Shown piece after piece: positions 26,019 through 34,036 of a stretch of DNA of 34,899 bases (its first letter is position 1; each line of letters starts with the position of its first letter). The position numbers and the translations under genes are program-made. Where the stretch lies: the NCBI GenBank assembly GCA_043816785.1, contig JBDRHP010000045.1:1-34899 (forward strand). The letters run 5' to 3'. The notes under the pieces are model-generated. The model searched no databases. It saw nothing but the letters and a program-made list of their open reading frames with translations, and was not told where the DNA came from. This stretch comes from Candidatus Margulisiibacteriota bacterium (lineage in GTDB: Bacteria; Margulisbacteria; WOR-1; O2-12-FULL-45-9).

Positions 26019-27410
26019 ATATAATGCGACCGGCGCTTGCCACATCATAGCCCGATGCACCAGGGTCCCGTCCAGCAAAAATCTATAGATGCCGTAACTT
26101 GAAAAAATGTAGACCATCATTGCGAAGAACAAGATAATTGATATCAGCAGGTATTTCAACTTTGAGACAATGATCTTTTGCCATTTTACGACAATGACCG
26201 CGATAAGAACGAACCACAGCAATTGCCAGTCGGCATAAGTGAACATCCTTTTGCTAAGCTGGATTAAGATGTCCATTATGGTTGGAGGCGGATAGGCCAG
26301 GGGTTCTGAAGGCTGAATGGTCGAGGCTGTGTTAGCTGATGTTGTAACCAAAGACAATAGCTTCCCGCTATAAAGGCGAAGATAGCTAACCAATGAGCTC
26401 TTGGGACCCAGCAGCCAGGGCGATGAAATAATGGTGGAGATCAAAATAAAGCTGCCGCTCTGCTTCAATTTCCTTTTGTCCTCAATAAGCAGAAATATGA
26501 TTAAGACCACAGTGGCTATCAACCAGAGCGGGATGCCTGTTTGTTTGACGAAATTGCCGATCCCCAAAAGGATTGCCGAAAAGTAAAGATCAGGATCGTT
26601 CCTTGAATTCATCCAGTGGAAGAGATAAATGATGCCGGCGGAATAATAGAACGTCTGCATCAGGTCAGAATAGGCCGTGCCTGCGTGATAGACGATGAGA
26701 GGGAGAGCGGTTAGTAAATAAGTGAACAGGAGCGCGTGGAACCTTCCTGTATATCGTCTTACGCCGCCATAGAAGATGAAGACTAAAGAAGCGAAACATA
26801 GAGGAAAAATGATTTTGCCCAGGGCATCGTTCCAGACACCGAGCCCCATATAGATCCAAGCCTGGGACAGGGGGTTTAGATAAGGATGAGGGCCGGCCAG
26901 CTCAACACTTTGTTCAGTAAAAACTTTACCTGTGGAAAAAATGATCTTTGCAATGCATCCCTGGCGCCAGAGATCATCAAAATTAAGAAGTGGTTTTACA
27001 AGCGCGTCAAAGAAAACATGAGCGATAGTTAAAGCTATTAATAAAATTAGGATTATTTCTGCAATTGCTTGCCATCGAGATTTTATGTTTTTTATTCTTA
27101 CAATTGATATAAAGAATTTTAAGATTGCCGCCATGTCAAAAATTGGAATTCTGTTTGCCAAAAGATAAAAGGCCAAAATAATAATTACAATTAAGCTGGG
27201 GATCAAAATAGTTGGGAGGTTGAGAGATATTCCCAACAGTGACATGGTAAACATCCCCAGTCCTAGCAAGCCAATCCCCGCTCCCCAGGATAAAGAAAAC
27301 CGTTCTAAGCAGGAAATCCGCAGCTTAGTTTTGCTGATCAGCGCAATGACGCAATATCCTAAAAGAATGGGAACAGCCAGAGTAAACATCAATTTTATGA
27401 GCAGGATCAT
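25980..27410 (-). CDS. Multi-pass membrane protein, probable GT-C-type glycosyltransferase
   Basis: About 12 hydrophobic segments, acidic loop (NFDD.W...AK), HPYL.P, AYSDL and FVKQTG motifs typical of GT39/PMT-like proteins. Confidence 0.65.
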   Translation of the reverse strand: MILLIKLMFTLAVPILLGYCVIALISKTKLRISCLERFSLSWGAGIGLLGLGMFTMSLLGISLNLPTILIPSLIVIIILAFYLLANRIPIFDMAAILKFFISIVRIKNIKSRWQAIAEIILILLIALTIAHVFFDALVKPLLNFDDLWRQGCIAKIIFSTGKVFTEQSVELAGPHPYLNPLSQAWIYMGLGVWNDALGKIIFPLCFASLVFIFYGGVRRYTGRFHALLFTYLLTALPLIVYHAGTAYSDLMQTFYYSAGIIYLFHWMNSRNDPDLYFSAILLGIGNFVKQTGIPLWLIATVVLIIFLLIEDKRKLKQSGSFILISTIISSPWLLGPKSSLVSYLRLYSGKLLSLVTTSANTASTIQPSEPLAYPPPTIMDILIQLSKRMFTYADWQLLWFVLIAVIVVKWQKIIVSKLKYLLISIILFFAMMVYIFSSYGIYRFLLDGTLVHRAMMWQAPVALYLIAIALLYDDRF

Positions 27411-28441
27411 TTTGTCCTCTTCATTATGTATCTGTTGTTATCCAGTTTTGCGAAGGGGGAAAAATCATACCTTTCGGTGGATTGCTCTTGGGTGGGTTTA
27501 AAAACTAAAAGATAAGAAACATCCTTTTTCTTGTGATCACTGATTATGTGTGGCACCAAATAAATTCTTGCCTGTAGGTGTGGCGCATAGTATGAACTAA
27601 TAAGCCCAAATTTAACTGGTTCTTTAGGCAATTTTTCTTTTGCAAAAACCAGAAAATCATAATATTCCTTTCCATAGGCAATTTCTCTTTTTTTCTCAAT
27701 AGATTTGCCAAAATATTTGGCCAAATTATCTTTGAATATATTAAAATAATTGTAATCAGTATTTAATGCCAGCAATGACCAAAGGATAATGGTTAAAATG
27801 AATGTTTTTCTCGCGGTTTCATTAAGGCTAGAAAATAAGATTTTCTGATAATCATCGGATTTTTTCATTATTTTGATGAACTTAAAAATGAAAAATGCAA
27901 TAAAACATATACAAATAATCCAATAAAAATAAATATTGACTGATCTGCCAAAGATTGAACTGCTGGGAATCAGATTAATTGTGCTTCCAATTACCACCCG
28001 GCCATTTGGCCCCCAAAACTCCTGCCAGCCTGATTTAATGTGTGTCAAGAGGTTGCCTTCGATAATCTTTGCCTCTTTAATTTCCGCTATGGGTTCGGGA
28101 TAAACCAGGAGACCTTTAATCCAGCCGATCCAATTTGGATTTTGCGATGCAACGTTAAAAACATAATTGTGTTCCCCTGCCTTGACTGAGAACCAAAGGC
28201 TTTTGGGTTGATTGAATTGCGCATCATAATGATTTGCCCAATAAAGGCGGGCCGTGCCACTTTGCTTAGCCTTTATTCTTAGTATCAACGTATTGTACTC
28301 GGCCGAATCAATCATGAGTTCGGGAGTTGAAAAATATGGCTGGCCTGAGACTGGTTGGAAGGGAATGGGGAGGTCCTTAGCAGGGGATGGGGAATGTAGG
28401 ATTAAAGTAAAAGCCAAAATAAAGAATAATCTAGTAATCAT
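27407..28441 (-). CDS. Hypothetical exported/membrane protein: signal peptide, beta-rich domain, two TM helices, C-terminal domain
   Basis: 344-aa ORF with an N-terminal signal-like sequence. ATGA overlap couples it to the downstream minus-strand gene. No family recognised. Confidence 0.75.
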   Translation of the reverse strand: MITRLFFILAFTLILHSPSPAKDLPIPFQPVSGQPYFSTPELMIDSAEYNTLILRIKAKQSGTARLYWANHYDAQFNQPKSLWFSVKAGEHNYVFNVASQNPNWIGWIKGLLVYPEPIAEIKEAKIIEGNLLTHIKSGWQEFWGPNGRVVIGSTINLIPSSSIFGRSVNIYFYWIICICFIAFFIFKFIKIMKKSDDYQKILFSSLNETARKTFILTIILWSLLALNTDYNYFNIFKDNLAKYFGKSIEKKREIAYGKEYYDFLVFAKEKLPKEPVKFGLISSYYAPHLQARIYLVPHIISDHKKKDVSYLLVFKPTQEQSTERYDFSPFAKLDNNRYIMKRTK

Positions 28442-28449
28442 TTGTTAGT

Positions 28450-28478
28450 ATTATACCCCATAAATTATGAATGACCAA
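28450..28478 (-). promoter_or_regulatory. Putative promoter for a leaderless minus-strand transcript
   Basis: TATAAT on the minus strand (28455-28450) lies 8 nt before the ATG at 28441. Weak -35 TTGGTC (28478-28473) at 17 bp. No Shine-Dalgarno. Confidence 0.55.
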
Positions 28479-28483
28479 ACTAG

Positions 28484-30084
28484 CGAATTAAATCATCTAA
28501 AATCTAACCGTAATCGGATACGTTAAATCATATAAATCTAACCGTAATTACACATGAAGAAACGCGGTTTTGAGCGATTTTTTCGGTTAAGGGAATTGGT
28601 TGGTTTGGAAAAGATCAAGCGAGCCAGGAGAAAGAAGCCAAGATGGGCAAACTGTTTTGCCTGCGAACTGCCAGCACTTTACGGATGCCAACAGACTCAA
28701 GATTGGTCCCGGCAACTAAAAAGCCTGCTCCATGAGCAGAACATCATGTGATTAATAGCAGATCCCTTCGATAATCATCAAGAAAAGATGATAAGTCCGT
28801 CATAGGCGGACAGGGAGGGATAAAAATGGATTTTCACAGTCGGAGGCAATATTTAATGGGGTTAAGAGAAGATTACCTAAAAGCAACGAAGAAAGAGAAG
28901 ACCAGGATTTTGAATGAATACACCAAAAACACCAGACATAACCGCAAATATGTGATCGCCATGTTGAATGCTGATGATGTTTGGGCAAATAACGGCGCGC
29001 GTAAGCTCAGACCGAAACGTTATGGCCCGGAAATCAATGCTCCTTTGGTTAAACTCTGGGGAATTTTCGATTTCCCTTGCGGTCAAAGGCTCAAACCCTG
29101 CATTACGGAAGAACTGGAAAGGCTAAGGGTGTTCGGGGAAATCAATCTCTCCGACAAGATCGCGGCGGAATTGAAGCAAATGAGCTCTGCCACAATTGAT
29201 CGCCGGTTAAGGATTCCCAGACGAGCGGAACGCAAACGCCGGTTCAGCACAACCAGGCCGGGTTCACTGTTAAAGAAGAAAATACCGATAAGACTGACGG
29301 ATTGGGACACCCAAAAGGTGGGATTCTTGGAAGTTGATCTGGTAGCGCATTGCGGCAGCAGTGCCAGAGGAGACTTTCTCAATACTGCCAGCCTGACCGA
29401 GATTGCCACTGGCTGGTGGGAAGGTGAGGCGATCATGGGCAAAGGGCAAAAAGTTACGCTCGAAGCCATCAAGCTGATGAAACAGCGAACGCCCTTCAAA
29501 TGGCTGGGGCTGGATTCCGACAATGGCGGCGAATTTATCAATTATCCTTTGAGTGACTATTGCCACGATGAAAAACTCATCTTTACCAGAAGCCGGGAAA
29601 ACAAAAAGAACGACAATGCCTATGTCGAGCAAAAGAACTGGACGCACGTGCGCAAAGTCTTAGGCTACTTCCGCTACGACACCTCGATGGAGCAGACGAT
29701 CATCAATTCTTTGTACCGTAACGAGCTCCGCCTCTACAAAAATTTCTTCCAGCCGATTATGAAGTTATCCAAAAAGACTCGCATCGGGTCCAAAAGGCAC
29801 AGAAAATATGAGCCAGCCAAAACGCCATTTAAAAGATTGATTGAATCAGACCAGATTGATGGGGCCACCAAGAGAGAACTTAAAGCTGTTTACCAAAAAC
29901 TTAATCCTGCCGCCTTAAAAAGAGCTCTTGAAAGGAAAACACTCTTGTTGTACCAAACTTATCTATCCAAAAAGAAAGGCAAAATCCGGACAATGCCGGA
30001 ACCAGAAAAGGAGGTTGTGTATGGTTAGATTTATGTGATAGAACGATACCCTGTTTCGGTCAGGTTCTTAGATGATTTGACACG
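28484..30084 (+). mobile_element. Complete 1601-bp insertion sequence (DDE/rve transposase, IS481/ISNCY-like) with 5-bp target duplication
   Basis: ACTAG direct repeats at 28479-28483 and 30085-30089. Terminal inverted repeats CGAATTAAATCATCTAA vs CGTGTCAAATCATCTAA match 14/17. An inner pair at 28521-28543 vs 30023-30045 matches 20/23. Confidence 0.88.
28826..30028 (+). CDS. DDE transposase (integrase core/rve domain)
   Basis: EVDLVAHCG, LDSDNGGEF and NDNAYVEQKN supply the D-D-E triad, with SSATIDRRL upstream. Shine-Dalgarno GGAGG at 28814-28818. Uninterrupted 400 aa. Confidence 0.93.
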   Translation: MDFHSRRQYLMGLREDYLKATKKEKTRILNEYTKNTRHNRKYVIAMLNADDVWANNGARKLRPKRYGPEINAPLVKLWGIFDFPCGQRLKPCITEELERLRVFGEINLSDKIAAELKQMSSATIDRRLRIPRRAERKRRFSTTRPGSLLKKKIPIRLTDWDTQKVGFLEVDLVAHCGSSARGDFLNTASLTEIATGWWEGEAIMGKGQKVTLEAIKLMKQRTPFKWLGLDSDNGGEFINYPLSDYCHDEKLIFTRSRENKKNDNAYVEQKNWTHVRKVLGYFRYDTSMEQTIINSLYRNELRLYKNFFQPIMKLSKKTRIGSKRHRKYEPAKTPFKRLIESDQIDGATKRELKAVYQKLNPAALKRALERKTLLLYQTYLSKKKGKIRTMPEPEKEVVYG

Positions 30085-30115
30085 ACTAGAATGATAAAAT
30101 AACCACCAATTAATG

Positions 30116-30182
30116 TGACACATCCTGACGCCTTCTGACATGACAAAATGCCCCTTGACAACTAATGATATAGTGCTATACT
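30116..30182 (+). promoter_or_regulatory. sigma70-type promoter with 10-bp-phased TGACA-like direct repeats
   Basis: TTGACA (30155-30160), 16-bp spacer, extended -10 TGcTATACT (30174-30182). TGACA/TGACG/TGATA at 30116, 30126, 30136, 30156 and 30166. Confidence 0.7.
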
Positions 30183-30192
30183 TAAGCCAATC

Positions 30193-30441
30193 ATGCAAGT
30201 TCTCGAAAACGAGATCTATACTTCGGAAGAAACCAAGTCTCTCCTCAAGATTTCTCAATCTACTTTTCTACGTTTGATCAAGAAGGGCGTTTTGCGTGCA
30301 TATAAAGTTGGCGGGCAGTACCGCATCTTGGGGAAAGAGATATTGCATCTTGTGAGTCCCAAGCTCGAAGAAAAGGCAATTGGAGCGTATCGAACGGTAA
30401 GAAATGGTGTTAAGAGACGCTTAGAAAAGGTTAGTGATTAA
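30193..30441 (+). CDS. HTH_17 / excisionase-like (MerR-type, BldC-like) DNA-binding protein
   Basis: YTSEETKSLLKISQSTFLRLIKKGVLRAYKVGGQYRI matches the HTH_17 pattern. 82 aa. Confidence 0.87.
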   Translation: MQVLENEIYTSEETKSLLKISQSTFLRLIKKGVLRAYKVGGQYRILGKEILHLVSPKLEEKAIGAYRTVRNGVKRRLEKVSD

Positions 30442-30455
30442 AGGGGGATTAATAA

Positions 30456-31751
30456 ATGAGAGTCCTGTCAATATTAATAATTATTTGTTTGGTGCTTCCA
30501 ATGACTCCAAATATGGCTGTGGCCCAGCTTTTACTCAATCCAACTGAGGTGTCTGGAGCAAATGCTCCACAGTCATACTCTGCGAAACCTGCCGGACAAA
30601 CACCGCCCAGCGCATCAAAATCTTTATCGTCCAACTATATATCTCAGGGAAGCATTTTAGATTGGTACAAACTGGGGCCGGGTGATCAATTGGAAGTGCA
30701 CCTCATAGTTGATGATAACGCCCTTGCTCTTGATTATCAGTTTGTAATAAATCCCGAAGGAAAAATATTTTTCCCGAATATTGGAGAAATTTATTTAATC
30801 AATTTATCGATTAAACAGGCTAAAGCAGAGCTGACCAATGAAATTAAGAAGAAATACAAAGAAAGATTTGATCTCTCTTTAATGATTTCTCTTCCCAAAA
30901 TGATAAAAATTTATGTCACAGGGCAGGTGAGTGAGCCGGGTTTGAAAGTTATTTATGATGGCACAAAGATTTCGGATGTGATGAAGATTGCTGGGGTTGC
31001 GGCCGGCGGGTCAAATCGAAAAGTTTTTGTGAAACGTAATGGAAAGATCTTGAAAGTTGATCTTTATAAAATTTTATTAAAGGGGAATATTGATGCTGAT
31101 ATCAATGTGCAGATGGGGGATGTTATAGAAGTGCCCCCAATTGGATCTGCCAGGGTAACTGTTATGGGCGAAGTTCCCAGGCCTGGCCAATATGAGCTTC
31201 AGGATGACGAGCGATTAAAAGATGCCTTAGCCATGGCTGGTTATGTTGGTGCAAATTCAGCCCTTTCAGAAGTAGCGTATTTGAGGCGGAAACAGGGTGA
31301 GGATGATTTTGATAATTACAAATTAAATCTTTACAGTATGTTTGAAGGCAAGGACGAGTCGTTAAATTATGTTCTAGAAGATGGAGATATCATATTGGTC
31401 CCGGCAATCAAAGCGTATGTTTATGTTTATGGTGATGTTAATCAGGGAGGGCGATTTGATTATCAGCCAGGACAAAGACTTTCTGATTACATAAACATGG
31501 CTGCTGGTCCTTTAGCCAAAGCCAATTTGTCTGGTGTAACTGTTACCAGGCAGGAAAATGGGGAGCCACAGGTTTATCACATTGATGTTTCAAAGATACT
31601 TAAGCGAGGGATAGCAGATAAGGATATTGAGATTATGGCAGGGGATGTTATTAATGTTCCAGGAAATTTCTTTTATTTCTCTGATTTTGGGAGTTTTGCA
31701 AATACGATTCTTTTAGCACTAACACTTTATACAACAGTGGTGGGGAGGTAA
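30456..31751 (+). CDS. wza: Polysaccharide export protein (Wza/OPX, Poly_export plus SLBB domains)
   Basis: Signal peptide, YKLGPGDQL and INPEGKIFFPNIG motifs, three SLBB-like repeats (V.GQV..PG, V.GEV.RPG.Y, V.GDV..GG) each ending GD.I.VP, C-terminal hydrophobic helix. Confidence 0.88.
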   Translation: MRVLSILIIICLVLPMTPNMAVAQLLLNPTEVSGANAPQSYSAKPAGQTPPSASKSLSSNYISQGSILDWYKLGPGDQLEVHLIVDDNALALDYQFVINPEGKIFFPNIGEIYLINLSIKQAKAELTNEIKKKYKERFDLSLMISLPKMIKIYVTGQVSEPGLKVIYDGTKISDVMKIAGVAAGGSNRKVFVKRNGKILKVDLYKILLKGNIDADINVQMGDVIEVPPIGSARVTVMGEVPRPGQYELQDDERLKDALAMAGYVGANSALSEVAYLRRKQGEDDFDNYKLNLYSMFEGKDESLNYVLEDGDIILVPAIKAYVYVYGDVNQGGRFDYQPGQRLSDYINMAAGPLAKANLSGVTVTRQENGEPQVYHIDVSKILKRGIADKDIEIMAGDVINVPGNFFYFSDFGSFANTILLALTLYTTVVGR

Positions 31752-31755
31752 ATTT

Positions 31756-32700
31756 ATGGAAGACGAAATTAATCTGCGTGAGTACATCGAGGTGATTACA
31801 AAACGTTGGAAAACAATTGCTTTCATTGCATTAGGAATAGCGATGATAGTTTTTGTTTACAACTTGATGCAGCCGCCGGTTTATGATGCAAAAACAACCA
31901 TAATGATTAGGTCTGGGGGAGGTTCTTCATTTTCTCAACTCGCTGGTTTAACTGCTTTGGCTGGGATAAATTTGCCTTCCGGCAAAGGGAGTTTGAGCGA
32001 TTTAACCGAAATCCTTCAAAGTAAGGCTGTAGCAGAGAAGGTTTTAGAAGATTTAAAACTAAAGGAACGGATAGAAGATTTGGCTGATCCCCGCTTAAAT
32101 CATCAAATAATAGTTTCTAAGGTTAAAAACATGCTGAGTAAGCCAAAAATTAACGGGAACTTGATTGAATTAAATGTGGAAAATTCAGATCCTGAACTTG
32201 CTGCTGAAATCGCAAATGGATTTGTTAATGCCCTTTCTTATTCCTGGAACAGGTTGAATTATACCGAAGCGCGCAAAAAGAGAGAGTATATAGAAAGTCA
32301 ACTTCCGCGAGTTGAGAAAGATCTTAAGAAAGCAGAGCAACGATTAAAAAAGTTCACTTTATTATCTCCAAAAGGGGGTAATTCTAATTCAGAATTGATG
32401 GGCTTAGTCAGTGGAAGCCGGTCTGATGGGGTTGAGATTTCACGGCTCTCCAGGGAATTGGCTGTCCAGAATTCTGTTTACACTATGCTGCGTAATGAAT
32501 ACGAATCGGTAAAACTTGAGGAAAGCAAAGAAATTTCACTTTTTTCCGTGGTAGATCCTGCCGTCCCCCCGGATTCCAAATCCAAGCCAAAAATCAAAGT
32601 GAATACCATAATCGGACTGGTTTTGGGACTATTTTGTGGAACCATTGTTATTTTCTTTCAAGAATACTTAGAGAAACACAAGCAAAACCATAAGATCTGA
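31756..32700 (+). CDS. wzz: Wzz/GumC-like chain-length determinant (polysaccharide co-polymerase, no kinase domain)
   Basis: MEDEINLREY, TM1, PVYDAKTTI, coiled coil, VVDPAVPP...KPK proline-rich segment and GLVLGLFCG TM2. Confidence 0.87.
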   Translation: MEDEINLREYIEVITKRWKTIAFIALGIAMIVFVYNLMQPPVYDAKTTIMIRSGGGSSFSQLAGLTALAGINLPSGKGSLSDLTEILQSKAVAEKVLEDLKLKERIEDLADPRLNHQIIVSKVKNMLSKPKINGNLIELNVENSDPELAAEIANGFVNALSYSWNRLNYTEARKKREYIESQLPRVEKDLKKAEQRLKKFTLLSPKGGNSNSELMGLVSGSRSDGVEISRLSRELAVQNSVYTMLRNEYESVKLEESKEISLFSVVDPAVPPDSKSKPKIKVNTIIGLVLGLFCGTIVIFFQEYLEKHKQNHKI

Positions 32701-32730
32701 ATATTGAACTTTAAAAAGGAGAATCAGGGA

Positions 32731-34035
32731 ATGGATTTTGAAAAAAAAGTATTCGATAGGAAAGCAAAAATCGGGATTGTTGGCTTGGGTTATGTTGGGC
32801 TTCCTTTAGCGGTTGAATTTGCCAAGCTTGATTTTTATGTAATTGGCATTGAGCAGAACCCAAAAAGGAAGGAGATGATTAATCGAGGCACTAATTATAT
32901 CTCCGATGTCTCTGCGGAAGAATTGAGAAGTGTTGTTGAACAGGGCAGGTTGAAAGCTGCTGATGATTATTCGCTGCTCAAAGAAGTTGATGCAATCTGT
33001 ATCTGTGTCCCAACCCCGCTCGACAAAAACAAACAACCAGATATTTCTTATGTCAAATCTGTGACCCAGAATATTTCTAAAATCCTAAGAAAAGGACAGC
33101 TGGTAGTATTGGAAAGTACAACCTATCCTGGTACGACAGAAGAAATAGTTTTGTCGAAATTGGAATCCTCTGGGCTGGAGATTGGCAAGGATTTTTTTCT
33201 TGCCTTTTCCCCTGAAAGAGTTGACCCTGGCAATAAAAATTTCAAGACTAAAGATATCCCAAAAGTTATTGGTGGTGTTACCCCCAGGTGTGGTGAGTTG
33301 GCGAAACTGTTGTATTCACAGATAATCAGCAAAATATATTTGGTTTCTTCTCCCAGAGTAGCCGAAATGGAAAAGCTTTTGGAGAATGTTTTTCGAAGTG
33401 TAAATATTGCTTTGGTAAATGAAATGGCTATTCTTTGCAGGAAGATGGACATTGATGTGTGGGAAGTTATTGAGGCGGCCAAGACCAAGCCTTATGGCTT
33501 TATGCCTTTTTATCCTGGACCAGGAATAGGCGGGCACTGTATTCCTTTGGATCCCTTTTATCTCTCTTGGAGGGCAAAAGAATTTGATCTAACTACCCGT
33601 TTTATTGAGTTGGCAGGCGAAATTAACGATAGAATGCCTGAGTATGTTGTTCAATTAGTTCAAGATGGGTTGAATCAAAACTGCAAAAGTTTGAAGGGCT
33701 CAAATATCCTGGTTTTAGGTGCGGCTTATAAAAAGGACATCGATGATTGGCGGGAGTCTCCTTCCTTAAAAATAATAGAAATCCTGGAGAAAAAAGGGGC
33801 GATCGTTAATTATAATGATCCCTTTATTGCGGAAGTAAAGATTGCGGGTAAGATGCACTCTTCTTTGGCGTTGGATAATACCATCCTGAAGGAGAGCGAT
33901 TGCGTAGTAATTGCGACCAATCACACACAATACGATTTTCAACAAGTAGTTGAGCAGGCCTCTTTGATTGTTGATACGCGTAATGCAACTTCAGCTGTTG
34001 CGCAACATCATTCTGCCAAGATAATAAAAATCTAA
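32731..34035 (+). CDS. wbpA: UDP-N-acetylglucosamine 6-dehydrogenase-like nucleotide-sugar dehydrogenase
   Basis: GLGYVGLP, CVPTP, LESTTYPGTT, FSPERVDPG, PFYPGPGIGGHCIPLDPFYL and YKKDIDD.RESP motifs. ATG at 32731 with AGGAG upstream. Confidence 0.88.
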   Translation: MDFEKKVFDRKAKIGIVGLGYVGLPLAVEFAKLDFYVIGIEQNPKRKEMINRGTNYISDVSAEELRSVVEQGRLKAADDYSLLKEVDAICICVPTPLDKNKQPDISYVKSVTQNISKILRKGQLVVLESTTYPGTTEEIVLSKLESSGLEIGKDFFLAFSPERVDPGNKNFKTKDIPKVIGGVTPRCGELAKLLYSQIISKIYLVSSPRVAEMEKLLENVFRSVNIALVNEMAILCRKMDIDVWEVIEAAKTKPYGFMPFYPGPGIGGHCIPLDPFYLSWRAKEFDLTTRFIELAGEINDRMPEYVVQLVQDGLNQNCKSLKGSNILVLGAAYKKDIDDWRESPSLKIIEILEKKGAIVNYNDPFIAEVKIAGKMHSSLALDNTILKESDCVVIATNHTQYDFQQVVEQASLIVDTRNATSAVAQHHSAKIIKI

Positions 34036-34036
34036 A

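Noticed and set aside
28484..28548. Two roughly 27-bp direct repeats that could suggest a mini CRISPR array or iterons
   Set aside because: Only two copies about 10 bp apart, no cas or rep gene, and both are mirrored in inverted form at the other end of the IS, so they are transposon end repeats.
28554..28751. 65-aa basic ORF inside the IS leader as a stand-alone gene
   Set aside because: No Shine-Dalgarno or recognisable domain. Kept only as a possible regulatory upstream ORF.
30077..30105. Hybrid promoter from the IS outward TTGACA driving the HTH_17-wza operon
   Set aside because: The nearest -10-like TAAAAT (30095-30100) is only 12 bp away and the sequence at 16-18 bp is a poor match. 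The operon has its own promoter at 30155-30182.
30193..30441. Excisionase as evidence of a prophage or integrative element
   Set aside because: No integrase, att-like site or phage genes in the window. The gene leads a polysaccharide export operon.
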